A stretch of DNA of 64,000 nucleotides from Clostridia bacterium (GTDB taxonomy: Bacteria; Bacillota; Clostridia; Oscillospirales; Acutalibacteraceae), in the NCBI GenBank assembly GCA_017434895.1, contig JAFSGB010000016.1:23013-87012 (forward strand), written 5' to 3'. Both the position numbers and the translations under genes were made by a program. This document shows, piece by piece, positions 18,129 through 28,076 of this stretch. Each line of letters opens with the position of its first letter. Within the stretch, counting starts at the first letter, position 1. A model generated the notes under the pieces. It was not told the DNA's origin. It was given only the letters and a program-made list of their open reading frames with translations, and searched no databases.

Positions 18129-18168
18129 CAGGCTGTCTCACGTTTTTTGTGAGACAGCCTGTTTTTTT
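18129..18168 (+). terminator. Terminator of the ABC/DUF4340 operon
   Basis: CAGGCTGTCTCAC-loop-GTGAGACAGCCTG followed by T7. Confidence 0.85.
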
Positions 18169-18175
18169 ATATTCG

Positions 18176-19372
18176 TTATTCCTTATCCAATTTTCTTGCT
18201 TCTAAATAAAACCGCTTATCGTCAGCCGTCCCCATAGAAAAGGTTTTTCTCGGCAGAGAACCATCGCATGCTACTGCGGGGAAAAGGTCGGACTTGGACA
18301 TTCCTTCAAAAATAAATCCTACTGTGTTATCTCTTAATGCCAGCTTTACGGTATTTTCAACACCGTGAATATAATCAAGCTTTACTTCACTGTTGATTTC
18401 AATATACCTGTCCAAGAAATTCTGCAAATCTGCAACGGCAAGATGCGACTTTGCTTTTACGGAAATTTTCTTTTCGTTTTTTCCGAAAACACAGGTATAT
18501 TTATGAGAGCCTTCACCTTCGTATTCCCCACCCATAAAGCTTATAAATTCATTTATAAGTTTTTCGGGTTCGGTTCCGAAAACCGCTCTGTAAATCGGCT
18601 CAAATTCTAAAGAGGAATCGTGAATGTTTACAACCTCCACAAGTGCAAATCTGCTGCCGTTGTGATTTTTATAGCATTCCTTAGCCGTGGCCAGAGAATG
18701 ATTACCGTCACCCACTGCAAATAACATCCCGCCGTTGGCATTTTTAAGCCCGTCCAAAGCAACATTTACTGTTTCTACGGTCTTATCAGGAATTTTATAT
18801 CCCTTAATGCTTCCTGCGTTTTGCATTAAATCAAAATCATAAAGCTTATCAAAGCTCTCTTTATCATTAAACAACGGCTCTATTACGGTTTTTTGAGGGT
18901 CATTAATAAGAAGCATTACATGAGGGATTTCAAGGACAGCATCCTTTCGGATTTGCACTCTTGGCGGGATTCTTTCAATAACCGTTGCCTCGGTAGCACG
19001 GATAAGGGTATCAGCACCCTTTTCGTAGCTGTAATCCTCTAAATCAATTAAACCCACAATGCCGGTTCTTACCTTACCGTTTTTAAGAGTTCTGACAGTC
19101 AGCACCAAGGTATCGTTAAAGCATTGGAACACACCGTTTTGGGAGTATTCCGACATATTTTTATTGATTTCGGTGATTTTTGCACTGTTGTCATCTGTTA
19201 AGTACACTTCGGGCAGGATGATTTTAAGTGCGGAACACTCATTACCGACAATTTTTTCGGTCTCCTCCCAATATTCCGGCTCGGACGTATACTGGTCACA
19301 AGCAATAACCGACCATTTGGAAAAATTCTTTTTGGGAAGCAGTATGTTAGCGGGGGTCAAGTAGTTACTCAT
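18176..19372 (-). CDS. DUF1015-family protein
   Basis: 398 aa. The N-terminus ..LLPKKNFSKWSVIACDQYTSEPEYW is typical of DUF1015. AGGAG RBS. Confidence 0.6.
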   Translation of the reverse strand: MSNYLTPANILLPKKNFSKWSVIACDQYTSEPEYWEETEKIVGNECSALKIILPEVYLTDDNSAKITEINKNMSEYSQNGVFQCFNDTLVLTVRTLKNGKVRTGIVGLIDLEDYSYEKGADTLIRATEATVIERIPPRVQIRKDAVLEIPHVMLLINDPQKTVIEPLFNDKESFDKLYDFDLMQNAGSIKGYKIPDKTVETVNVALDGLKNANGGMLFAVGDGNHSLATAKECYKNHNGSRFALVEVVNIHDSSLEFEPIYRAVFGTEPEKLINEFISFMGGEYEGEGSHKYTCVFGKNEKKISVKAKSHLAVADLQNFLDRYIEINSEVKLDYIHGVENTVKLALRDNTVGFIFEGMSKSDLFPAVACDGSLPRKTFSMGTADDKRFYLEARKLDKE

Positions 19373-19381
19373 TTGATTCTC

Positions 19382-20131
19382 CTATTTGTAGTACGAAAAT
19401 TCAACCGCAGTTACAGTATCGTCAATAGGATTGATATAAACCGTAATACCGTTTCGGCGGTCTCGCTTGGTTATAAAATAATCAAGATAATAGCTGTCCG
19501 TACTCACCTCATAAAAGTGAGAGGGGGTGCCTAAAATATCAATTACATCGGTCACAGCCATTGTATTGGTAATTCCGTTAATATTAAAGGGCTTGTAATT
19601 TGTACTGTCAACAAGAAAATCGTTATCTATGCGGAACTTAACAACATAGCATTTTTCAAGCTTAACCGAAGAACGCGAAGAGTTATAGCACTTGGCATTA
19701 ACCTTGAGTCCGTTGGCATTTTCAAATATAACATCAATCGTCTCGTAAGCGAAAACAAGGGATTTTTCATTATATTCGTTGCCGTCCGATAAATTCCAGC
19801 CAAGCTCTGCCATATCTTCAAGGGATGTGGGTACAGGTAAACTTTCACCTGAATATGTGGCATTTATCTCGAACTTCTTACCTAAATAAATATCGGAATA
19901 ATTTTCCTCGTCGAAAAGGCTGATATCGAAATAATTAGACATTACTCTGTCAGAGGACATAATTTTAGTATGCTCGTCATCTGTTTTCTGTTCTTCGCTT
20001 TCTGCCAAAAGAGCATCCTGAGACAATTTATCCGATTTTCCGTAATCGGGGTCAATTTCGCTGCAAGCAGAAAGAAGCATTACTAAAATAAGCAAGGTAA
20101 ACAGTGCCGCCACTTTTTTAAAACTTGTCAT
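19382..20131 (-). CDS. Hypothetical lipoprotein
   Basis: MTSFKKVAALFTLLILVMLLSAC lipobox. The ATG at 20131 follows AGGAGG. Confidence 0.65.
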   Translation of the reverse strand: MTSFKKVAALFTLLILVMLLSACSEIDPDYGKSDKLSQDALLAESEEQKTDDEHTKIMSSDRVMSNYFDISLFDEENYSDIYLGKKFEINATYSGESLPVPTSLEDMAELGWNLSDGNEYNEKSLVFAYETIDVIFENANGLKVNAKCYNSSRSSVKLEKCYVVKFRIDNDFLVDSTNYKPFNINGITNTMAVTDVIDILGTPSHFYEVSTDSYYLDYFITKRDRRNGITVYINPIDDTVTAVEFSYYK

Positions 20132-20212
20132 TGCAAATCCTCCTTTTTTATATATATATAACTCCACTTTATATTGTAATACCTTAAGTCATGAAAGTCA
20201 ATGAAAAGACTG

Positions 20213-21139
20213 TTAATTTACATACTTTGCCAAAAAATCCTTAATTTCACGCTTTACTTTTTCACCGTCAACCAAAAAACTCATTCCATGGTAGGCATTT
20301 TCCACCGTTACAAGGCGGGATTTGTTATTGCAGCTTTTAAAAGCAATCCGCGACATTTCGCAGGGCACAAATGTGTCGGCTTCACCGTGAATTAAAAGTA
20401 CGGGAAGCAGACATTTTTTAAGACTTTCTACGGTTGAGGCTTTTCTTATGGAAAACCCACCGAAAGCCTTGCAACATAAATTAATAAGAGGCAAAAGGTA
20501 TTGCGCTTTGATTTTTAAAAATCTAAGGGCAACCGATTTTATAATTTCTGTAGGCGAGGTATACCCGCAGTCGGCAATTATTCCCTTGACATTTTCGGGC
20601 AGAAAACCGCCTGCAGCCAAAAGCACAGTAGTAGCTCCCATTGACATTCCGCTTAAAACTATTCCCTCGGGGGAGTATTCCTTATTGAGAAATTTCACCC
20701 ATGAAACGACATCTCGGCTTTCCTTAACCCCAAAGGTTATAAGCTTTCCCTCGCTTTTTCCGTGCGAGCGTTGGTCAACAAGAAGTATATTAAGACCTAA
20801 ATCGGTGTAAAATTTTAAAGCACAGGAAAAATCCCTTGACGCTGAGGAGCGGTAGCCGTGGAAAAAAATCAATGTGTTTTTTTGGCCGTTATCGAAATAG
20901 CGAGCCTTAATCTTTAAGCCATCAAAGCTTTTAGTTTCAACCCATTTGCATGGTGTTGAATTTATATGTTCAATTCCCTTTCCGACTGCATCTTTAAATT
21001 CACCAAGCACCCTGTTGCACGGGTCGTTAACATCGTCAAAATTACCGATATTCCACCTGAGACACGCAACACAGAAAAAATAAATGACAACAGACAAAAG
21101 CAATAACAGCAAAATCAAAACAATAATTAAAAGCAACAA
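20213..21139 (-). CDS. Membrane-anchored alpha/beta hydrolase
   Basis: N-terminal TM, HGYRSS, nucleophile elbow GMSMGA, late ..IHGEADTFVP. TTG start after AGAGGTG. Confidence 0.75.
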   Translation of the reverse strand: MLLLIIVLILLLLLLSVVIYFFCVACLRWNIGNFDDVNDPCNRVLGEFKDAVGKGIEHINSTPCKWVETKSFDGLKIKARYFDNGQKNTLIFFHGYRSSASRDFSCALKFYTDLGLNILLVDQRSHGKSEGKLITFGVKESRDVVSWVKFLNKEYSPEGIVLSGMSMGATTVLLAAGGFLPENVKGIIADCGYTSPTEIIKSVALRFLKIKAQYLLPLINLCCKAFGGFSIRKASTVESLKKCLLPVLLIHGEADTFVPCEMSRIAFKSCNNKSRLVTVENAYHGMSFLVDGEKVKREIKDFLAKYVN

Positions 21140-21215
21140 AACACAAACACCTCTTACTTATTGTAACACAAAAGATACCTATTTTGCAAAAAAATATTAT
21201 ATTTGTTATTTATGC

Positions 21216-21244
21216 TTGACTTTAGTGCGGTGATGTGTTAGAAT
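21216..21244 (+). promoter_or_regulatory. Promoter of the yerC-his operon
   Basis: TTGACT (21216-21221), 17-nt spacer, extended -10 TGTTAGAAT (21236-21244). It overlaps the track ATG at 21235, so that ATG cannot be the real start. Confidence 0.65.
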
Positions 21245-21276
21245 GGAAAAGTATTAATTTATCGGAGGACAAAATC

Positions 21277-21561
21277 TTGAAAAAAAGTAATATAGATGCG
21301 ACCCAATTTTTCAAAGCCGTTACAACACTTAAGACAGAGGATGAATGCCGAAAATTCTTTGACGATATTTGCACCATTCAAGAGCTTGAGGCTATTGCTC
21401 AGCGCTTTGAGGTTGCATGTCTTTTAAATGACGGTAAAAGCTATGTTGATATAAATAAAGAAACGGGTGCCTCTACCGCCACTATTTGTAGGGTGAGCAA
21501 ATGCTTAAACTACGGTGATGGTGGCTACAAAACCGCAATAGAGAGGTTAAAAAATGATTAA
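21277..21561 (+). CDS. yerC: YerC/YecD-family (TrpR-like) DNA-binding protein
   Basis: ..CTIQELEAIAQRFEVA..G.SY..I..ETGASTATICRVSKCLNYG. TTG start 8 nt after GGAGGA. Overlaps the hisZ start by 8 nt. Confidence 0.8.
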   Translation: MKKSNIDATQFFKAVTTLKTEDECRKFFDDICTIQELEAIAQRFEVACLLNDGKSYVDINKETGASTATICRVSKCLNYGDGGYKTAIERLKND

Positions 21562-23095
21562 CGAGCAAATTTTAAGAAATGACGAAAAGGCGGTTTTAAC
21601 ACTTCGCAGTCTCTATAAGGAAAACGGATATAAATATTTTAAAATGAGTAAGTTCGAGGAGTACGACCTGTACTCCCGAAATAAGGACTTTTTGGTTTCG
21701 GACGGGGTTATCACCTTTAACGACACCGACGGAAAGCTTTTGGCTTTAAAGCCCGACGTTACGCTTTCCATTATTAAAAATTCCAAGGAAAATTCGGGTG
21801 TTGAACGGTATTACTATAACGAAAATGTATACCGCATAAGTGAAACCAGTCACTCCTACAAGGAAATTATGCAAACAGGACTTGAGTGCATTGGTGCAAT
21901 CGGCGAAAACGAGGTTTTCGAGGTTGTCTCATTAGCGCTTAAAAGCCTTGAAGCCTTAAGTCAGGATTATGTGCTTGACCTTTCCCACCAAGGCTTTGTA
22001 AATGCAGTTTTAAATCAGTTTGATATTGCCGATAAAAAGGCAGTGCTTACCGCCATTAACGAAAAAAATGCTGATGGTCTGGCTAAAATCTGTCAAAACG
22101 AGGCGCTTAAAAAGCTGACGCTTACATTTTCTGATACCAAAACCGCTATTAAGGTTGCAGAGGAAATCGCGCTAAGCGAGGAGGCTAAAAAATGCCTCGA
22201 TGAGCTAAAATCGGTGTGCGATTACTGTGAGAAAAACGGCTTTGGGGATAAAGTAAAGGTTGATTTCTCCCTTTTGAATTCCACAGGCTATTACAGCGGT
22301 GTTTGTTTCAGGGGTTATATCGGCGGTATTGCCGAGCGTGTGCTTTCGGGCGGTCAGTACGATATTTTGATGCGAAAAATGCACCGCAACCAAGGAGCCT
22401 TGGGCTTTGCGGTTTACCTTGACACTCTTGAGCGTATAAAGGAGAAGGACACTGACGAAAAGCAGTTTATTAATGTGGCGCTTCCGAAGGGAAGGCTCGG
22501 TGAAAAGGTTTACGCCATGTTCGAAAATGCAGGGTTTGAGTGCCCCGCCATTAAAGAAACCAACCGCAAGCTGATTTTTGAAAACAAAAAGCTCTCGCTT
22601 CGCTTTTTCTGGGTTAAGCCCTCGGATGTGGCAATTTATGTTGAGCGCGGCGCCGCCGACATTGGTGTTGCAGGCAAGGATATTTTACTGGAATACGAGC
22701 CACAGGTTTATGAGCTTTTGGATTTAAAGCTGGGAAAATGCCGTATGGCGGTAGCCGCCAAAAAGGATTTCGAGGACGATACCTCTGCAACACTTAGGGT
22801 AGCCACCAAGTTTTCCAACATTGCCAAAAAGTATTACGCCGAAAAGTGCCGCGATATTGACATTATCCACCTTAACGGTTCTATTGAAATTGCCCCCATT
22901 TTAGGGCTTTCGGATGTTATTGTGGACATTGTGGAAACGGGTAAAACGCTATTAGAAAACGATTTGGTACCCTTTGAAACAATAGTGCCAATCAGTGCCA
23001 GACTTATTGCCAACAAATCAAGCTTTAAGTTTAAGACCCAAAAAATAGAACAGATTAAGCAGGGTTTAGAAAAACAGGTGAAAAAAGATGATTAA
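21554..23095 (+). CDS. hisZG: Fused ATP phosphoribosyltransferase regulatory subunit (HisZ, aa 1-~300) and short-form catalytic HisG (aa ~305-513)
   Basis: A single uninterrupted 513-aa ORF. The N-terminal part is HisRS-like without an anticodon domain. The C-terminal part starts INVALPKGRLGEKV.. and carries GAADIGVAGKD and DIVETGKTL. Confidence 0.85.
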   Translation: MINEQILRNDEKAVLTLRSLYKENGYKYFKMSKFEEYDLYSRNKDFLVSDGVITFNDTDGKLLALKPDVTLSIIKNSKENSGVERYYYNENVYRISETSHSYKEIMQTGLECIGAIGENEVFEVVSLALKSLEALSQDYVLDLSHQGFVNAVLNQFDIADKKAVLTAINEKNADGLAKICQNEALKKLTLTFSDTKTAIKVAEEIALSEEAKKCLDELKSVCDYCEKNGFGDKVKVDFSLLNSTGYYSGVCFRGYIGGIAERVLSGGQYDILMRKMHRNQGALGFAVYLDTLERIKEKDTDEKQFINVALPKGRLGEKVYAMFENAGFECPAIKETNRKLIFENKKLSLRFFWVKPSDVAIYVERGAADIGVAGKDILLEYEPQVYELLDLKLGKCRMAVAAKKDFEDDTSATLRVATKFSNIAKKYYAEKCRDIDIIHLNGSIEIAPILGLSDVIVDIVETGKTLLENDLVPFETIVPISARLIANKSSFKFKTQKIEQIKQGLEKQVKKDD

Positions 23096-24365
23096 AATTA
23101 TGAAATACGGTAGCGTTTCTGCCGAGGAAATATTTGCCCGTGTAGAGCCTACCTTTGATGTAACAGATATTGTTACCGATATTATTGATAATGTAAAGGC
23201 AAAGGGCGACAAGGCACTTTTCGAGTATGCCGAAAAATTTGACAAAGCAAGCCTTACTTCACTTGAAGTAAGCGAGGCTGAAATTGAAGAAGCTTTTAAT
23301 TTGGTAGAGCCGCGCTTTATTGAAGTTATTAAAAAGGCTGCTAAGAATATTGAGGATTTTCACAAGAAACAGGTTAGAAACAGCTTTATTTTAAACGATA
23401 CCCATGGGGTTATTACAGGTCAAAAGGTGACCCCTATTGAAAGGGTGGGGCTTTATGTTCCCGGCGGCACCGCCGCCTACCCCTCAACTGTGCTAATGGA
23501 CAGTATCCCCGCCAAAATTGCGGGCTGCGAGTATATTTGCATTACAACTCCGCCTAGTGCCGACGGAAAGGTTAACCCAGTAATTCTAGCCGCCGCTAAA
23601 ATTGCGGGGGTTGATAAGATTTTTAAAGTGGGCGGCGCTCAAGCCGTTGCCGCTTTGGCTTACGGTACCGAAAGCATTAAAAAGGTTGACAAAATTGTAG
23701 GCCCCGGTAACGCCTTTGTTGCAGAAGCCAAGCGTCAGGTTTTTGGCAGAGTTTCTATTGATATGATTGCCGGACCCAGTGAAATTTTGGTTATTGCCGA
23801 CGGTAAAAGTAACCCGTCCTTTGTGGCAGCCGATTTGCTTTCCCAAGCCGAGCATGACAAAAACGCCAGCGCAGTGCTTGTGACCGACAGTGAGGACTTG
23901 GCTAAAAAGGTTGCTGCGGAAATTGAAAATCAGCTAAAGCAACTGTCCCGCGAGGAAATTGCCCGCGTTTCCATTGACAACAACGGAAAAATCATTATTG
24001 CCGAAAATTTGGAGGATGTTATTGCCGTCGCAAACGAAATTGCCCCCGAGCACCTAGAGCTTTGCGTGGACAACCCCTTTGATTATCTTGATAAAATAAA
24101 AAATGCGGGCAGTATCTTTATGGGTCGTTATTGTCCCGAGGCTTTGGGCGACTATTTTGCAGGGCCTAATCACACACTGCCAACCTCCGGTACGGCAAGA
24201 TTTTCCAGTCCCTTATCGGTGGATGATTTTGTTAAAAAGAGTCAGTTTGTTTATTACAGTGAAAACGCCCTTGACAAGGTGGCAGAGGATGTGGCATTCT
24301 TTGCCGAAAAAGAGGGTCTTACCGCCCATGCCAAAAGCGCAATTATAAGAAGTGAAAAACAATGA
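23088..24365 (+). CDS. hisD: Histidinol dehydrogenase
   Basis: 425 aa with GLYVPGGTAAYPS, QAEHD, IAPEHLEL. Confidence 0.95.
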   Translation: MIKIMKYGSVSAEEIFARVEPTFDVTDIVTDIIDNVKAKGDKALFEYAEKFDKASLTSLEVSEAEIEEAFNLVEPRFIEVIKKAAKNIEDFHKKQVRNSFILNDTHGVITGQKVTPIERVGLYVPGGTAAYPSTVLMDSIPAKIAGCEYICITTPPSADGKVNPVILAAAKIAGVDKIFKVGGAQAVAALAYGTESIKKVDKIVGPGNAFVAEAKRQVFGRVSIDMIAGPSEILVIADGKSNPSFVAADLLSQAEHDKNASAVLVTDSEDLAKKVAAEIENQLKQLSREEIARVSIDNNGKIIIAENLEDVIAVANEIAPEHLELCVDNPFDYLDKIKNAGSIFMGRYCPEALGDYFAGPNHTLPTSGTARFSSPLSVDDFVKKSQFVYYSENALDKVAEDVAFFAEKEGLTAHAKSAIIRSEKQ

Positions 24366-25411
24366 GTAAATTTATGAATGAGAGGTTTGCTTCTCTTGAG
24401 GAGTACACTCCGGGCGAGCAACCCCAAGATAAAAAATATATAAAGCTTAATACCAACGAGTCTCCCTATCCACCCTCAAAGTCAGTGCTAAGGGCGGTAA
24501 CAAAAAAGGAAATTTCCGATTTGCGGCTATACTGCGACCCTGAATGTAAAAAGCTTAAAGCTGAAATGGCAAAGCTTTTCGGCTTTAACGGGGAAAATAT
24601 TTTTATTTCCAATGGCTCGGATGATATTTTAAATTTCGCCTTTATGGCATACGGTACAAAGGGAGCAGCTTACCCTGACATTACCTACGGCTTTTACAGT
24701 GTTTTTGCCCAGCTTCACGGGGTACAAAGTGAAATTATTCCCTTAAAGGACGATTTCACAATTGATGTGGAGCAGTTTAAAAATAAAGGTAAGCTGGTTG
24801 TTATTGCTAATCCAAATGCCCCTACGGGAATTGCTTTAAGCCTTAAGCAAATCGAGGAAATTGTAAAGGCAAATCAAGACAGTGTAGTTTTGATTGACGA
24901 GGCTTATGTGGATTTTGGGGGAGAGAGCTGTTGCAAGCTGACCCAAAAGTACGAAAATCTGCTTTGTGTGGGCACCTTTTCAAAATCAAGAAGTCTTGCA
25001 GGCGGCAGACTGGGTTTTGCTATTGCTAATGAAAAGCTTATTGCAGATTTGGAAAAAATTAAGTATTCCACAAACCCCTACAATATAAATCGCTTGACTC
25101 AAATCACAGGAACTGCTACAATGAAGGACAATGCTTACTGCCTTTCAAACTGCCGGAAAATAATTAAAACCCGTCAGTGGGTAACAGACGAGTTAATTTC
25201 TTTGGGCTTTACGGTTTTACCTTCAAAAGCAAATTTTGTCTTCGTAAAATCGGACAAAATTTCAGGGCTTAAACTTTATGAGGAGCTAAAGTCAAAAGGA
25301 GTGCTTGTCCGTCACTTCGAAAAGGACAAAATTCGGGATTTCAACCGCATTACCATTGGCACTGACAAGGAAATGAAAATACTAATTAATAAAATCAAGG
25401 AGATTTTATGA
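24362..25411 (+). CDS. hisC: Histidinol-phosphate aminotransferase
   Basis: 349 aa. KLNTNESPYPPS, and TFSKSRSLAGGRLG containing the PLP lysine. Confidence 0.9.
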   Translation: MSKFMNERFASLEEYTPGEQPQDKKYIKLNTNESPYPPSKSVLRAVTKKEISDLRLYCDPECKKLKAEMAKLFGFNGENIFISNGSDDILNFAFMAYGTKGAAYPDITYGFYSVFAQLHGVQSEIIPLKDDFTIDVEQFKNKGKLVVIANPNAPTGIALSLKQIEEIVKANQDSVVLIDEAYVDFGGESCCKLTQKYENLLCVGTFSKSRSLAGGRLGFAIANEKLIADLEKIKYSTNPYNINRLTQITGTATMKDNAYCLSNCRKIIKTRQWVTDELISLGFTVLPSKANFVFVKSDKISGLKLYEELKSKGVLVRHFEKDKIRDFNRITIGTDKEMKILINKIKEIL

Positions 25412-25995
25412 GAACAAGTGAAATCAACCGCAAAACTGCGGAAACCGACATTGCTTTAAAGCTTAATATTGACGGTGTGGGCGAAAATAAAATAGACACT
25501 GGCTGCGGTTTTATTGACCATATGTTAACCCTTTTGTCCCGTCATGCCCGCTTTGACTTAGAAATTAAGTGTGTGGGTGACACTAAGGTTGACTACCACC
25601 ACACTGTGGAGGATATCGGCATTGTGCTTGGTAAGGCATTTGCAGAGTGCCTTGGCGAAATGCGTGGCATTAAGCGTTACGGAAGCTTCATTCTGCCAAT
25701 GGACGAAAGCCTTATTTTGACTGCCGTTGATATTTCGGGCAGAAGCTATCTGGGATTTAGGCTAGATATCCCAACCCAGCGTGTAGGAGATTTTGATACT
25801 GAGCTTGTCCGCGAGTTTTTTGAGGCTTTCGTTCGAAACGCCAATATAACACTTCACATCAGTCAACTGGAGGGATACAATTCTCACCACATAATTGAGG
25901 GGGCTTTTAAATCGGTTGCCCGCACCCTTAAAGAAGCGGTGGAAATAGAAGAAAAGTATAAAAACGAAATCCCCTCCACAAAAGGAGTACTTTGA
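25408..25995 (+). CDS. hisB: Imidazoleglycerol-phosphate dehydratase
   Basis: 195 aa. RKTAETDI, HHTVEDIGI, NSHHIIEGAFK. Confidence 0.95.
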   Translation: MRTSEINRKTAETDIALKLNIDGVGENKIDTGCGFIDHMLTLLSRHARFDLEIKCVGDTKVDYHHTVEDIGIVLGKAFAECLGEMRGIKRYGSFILPMDESLILTAVDISGRSYLGFRLDIPTQRVGDFDTELVREFFEAFVRNANITLHISQLEGYNSHHIIEGAFKSVARTLKEAVEIEEKYKNEIPSTKGVL

Positions 25996-26603
25996 TGTTA
26001 GCAATTATTGATTACGGCGTGGGAAACCTTTTTTCCCTTGTCTCCTCCTTGAATAAAATAGATGTTGAGGCGGTTGTGACCAGCGACCCCGAGGTTATAG
26101 AAAATGCCGATAGACTAATACTCCCCGGAGTCGGTGCTTTCGGTGATGCTTCGCAAAAGCTTTATGAGAGCGGTCTTGACACAGTTATTAAAAATGCAGT
26201 AAAAAAAGGCACACCGCTAATGGGTATATGTCTTGGAATGCAACTGCTTTTCGAAAAAAGCTGTGAATACGGTGAGCATAAGGGTCTGGGACTTATTAAA
26301 GGCAAAGTTATCGGTATGGAGGGGACTATTCCGGAGGGTCTTAGAATTCCTCATATTGGTTGGAATGCCCTTAAATTTCATAAGGAAAGCCCTATTTTTA
26401 AATACATTAACGAGGGTGACTGTGTTTATTTTGTTCACTCATACTATGGGGTTGACTGTAACGACAGTCTTATCGCCACTACCGATTACGGTAAGGAAAT
26501 CACCGCCGCAGTGGGCAAGGGCAATATCTATGGTTGCCAATTTCACCCCGAAAAAAGCGGCAGCGTAGGACTTAAAATTCTAAAGGCATTCAGCGAGGTA
26601 TAA
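25992..26603 (+). CDS. hisH: Imidazole glycerol phosphate synthase, glutaminase subunit
   Basis: 203 aa. LPGVGAFG, GICLGMQLL, HSY, QFHPEKS. Confidence 0.95.
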   Translation: MMLAIIDYGVGNLFSLVSSLNKIDVEAVVTSDPEVIENADRLILPGVGAFGDASQKLYESGLDTVIKNAVKKGTPLMGICLGMQLLFEKSCEYGEHKGLGLIKGKVIGMEGTIPEGLRIPHIGWNALKFHKESPIFKYINEGDCVYFVHSYYGVDCNDSLIATTDYGKEITAAVGKGNIYGCQFHPEKSGSVGLKILKAFSEV

Positions 26604-26604
26604 A

Positions 26605-27318
26605 ATGGAAATTTTCCCTGCAATAGATTTGGTTTGTGGTAAAGCGGTTCGCCTTTTTAAGGGTGACTACAACCAAATGACGGTTTACAGTGATAATCCA
26701 CTTGAGGTAGCCCGCGATTTCGAAAAAAGCAGAGCTGAGTTTATTCATTTGGTTGATTTAGAAGGCGCTAAGGACGGTACAACCCCTAATATTGAAACGG
26801 TAAAGCAAATTGCTAAAAAAACGCAGCTTTTCACCGAAATCGGCGGAGGCATTCGCGATATAAAAACGGTGGAAAAGTACCTTGAAAGCGGCGTGGACAG
26901 GGTGATTTTAGGCACCGCCGCAGTCAAAAACGAAGCTTTTTTAAAGGAAGCTCTTCAAAAATTCGGCGACAAAATTGCCGTAGGAATTGATATTAAGAAT
27001 GGCTTTGTTGCCATTAAGGGATGGTTGGAAAATAGCGGTATTGACCCCTTTGAGTTCACCCAAAAAATGCAAAATTTAGGTGTAAAGCATATAATCTGTA
27101 CTGATGTTTCCAAGGACGGTGCAATGAGGGGTACTAATTTGGAGCTTTACAAGAAATTATCCGAAAAATTCAGTGTAAATATCACCGCGTCGGGCGGAGT
27201 TTCAAGTCTTGAGGATATTAAGGCGCTTCGTAAAATGGATATTTACGGGGCTATTATCGGCAAGGCCTACTATATTGGCGCGATTGACCTTAAGCAAGCA
27301 ATAGAGGTGGCAAAATGA
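26605..27318 (+). CDS. hisA: ProFAR isomerase
   Basis: 237 aa. IFPAIDL..GK.VRL.KGDY, GGGIR, TDVSKDGAM.G. Confidence 0.95.
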   Translation: MEIFPAIDLVCGKAVRLFKGDYNQMTVYSDNPLEVARDFEKSRAEFIHLVDLEGAKDGTTPNIETVKQIAKKTQLFTEIGGGIRDIKTVEKYLESGVDRVILGTAAVKNEAFLKEALQKFGDKIAVGIDIKNGFVAIKGWLENSGIDPFEFTQKMQNLGVKHIICTDVSKDGAMRGTNLELYKKLSEKFSVNITASGGVSSLEDIKALRKMDIYGAIIGKAYYIGAIDLKQAIEVAK

Positions 27319-28076
27319 TAACAAAAAGAATTATCCCTTGTCTTGATGTTAAGGACGGACGGGTTGTTAAAGGTGTAAACTTTGATAATCTAAACGATGT
27401 TTCATCTCCCGTAGAATTAGGCAAATATTACAGTGACTGCGGTGCCGACGAGCTGGTTTTTTATGACATTACCGCTTCGAGTGACGGAAGACGGCTATTC
27501 ACCGACATTTTAAAAGAGGTGGCGCAAAATATTTTTATTCCCTTAACCGTTGGCGGCGGGATTAATACTATCGAGGATTTTGACCGCGTGCTTAAATGCG
27601 GTGCCGACAAGGTAAGCGTTAACTCGGGCGCCATTAAAAATCCCGATTTAATTAACGAGGCAGCTCAGAAATACGGTAATCAGTGTGTCGTAATTTCGGC
27701 TGATGTTAAGCGTGTGGACGGCGAATTTCGTGTCTTTGCCAAGGGCGGAAGAGAGGACACGGGCAAGGAAGCTATTGCTTGGATTAGAGAATGTGTTTCC
27801 AGAGGCGCCGGCGAGGTGGTTGTAAACTCAATCGACACCGACGGGGTTAAAAAGGGATTTGATTTAGAAATGCTTAAAGCGGTAAGAAAAGCGGTGAAGG
27901 TTCCCGTTATTGCTTCGGGAGGCGCAGGCAGCAAAGAGGACTTTGTAACCCTTTTTAAGGAAATTCCTGATATGGACGCCGGACTTGCCGCATCAATTTT
28001 CCATTTTGGCACCGTTAAAATCAGCGACCTTAAGGAAACTCTAAAGCAAAATGATATTGTAGTTAGGAGCATTTAA
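27315..28076 (+). CDS. hisF: Imidazole glycerol phosphate synthase, cyclase subunit
   Basis: 253 aa. KRIIPCLDVKDGRVVKG, PLTVGGGI, IASGGAG. Confidence 0.95.
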   Translation: MITKRIIPCLDVKDGRVVKGVNFDNLNDVSSPVELGKYYSDCGADELVFYDITASSDGRRLFTDILKEVAQNIFIPLTVGGGINTIEDFDRVLKCGADKVSVNSGAIKNPDLINEAAQKYGNQCVVISADVKRVDGEFRVFAKGGREDTGKEAIAWIRECVSRGAGEVVVNSIDTDGVKKGFDLEMLKAVRKAVKVPVIASGGAGSKEDFVTLFKEIPDMDAGLAASIFHFGTVKISDLKETLKQNDIVVRSI

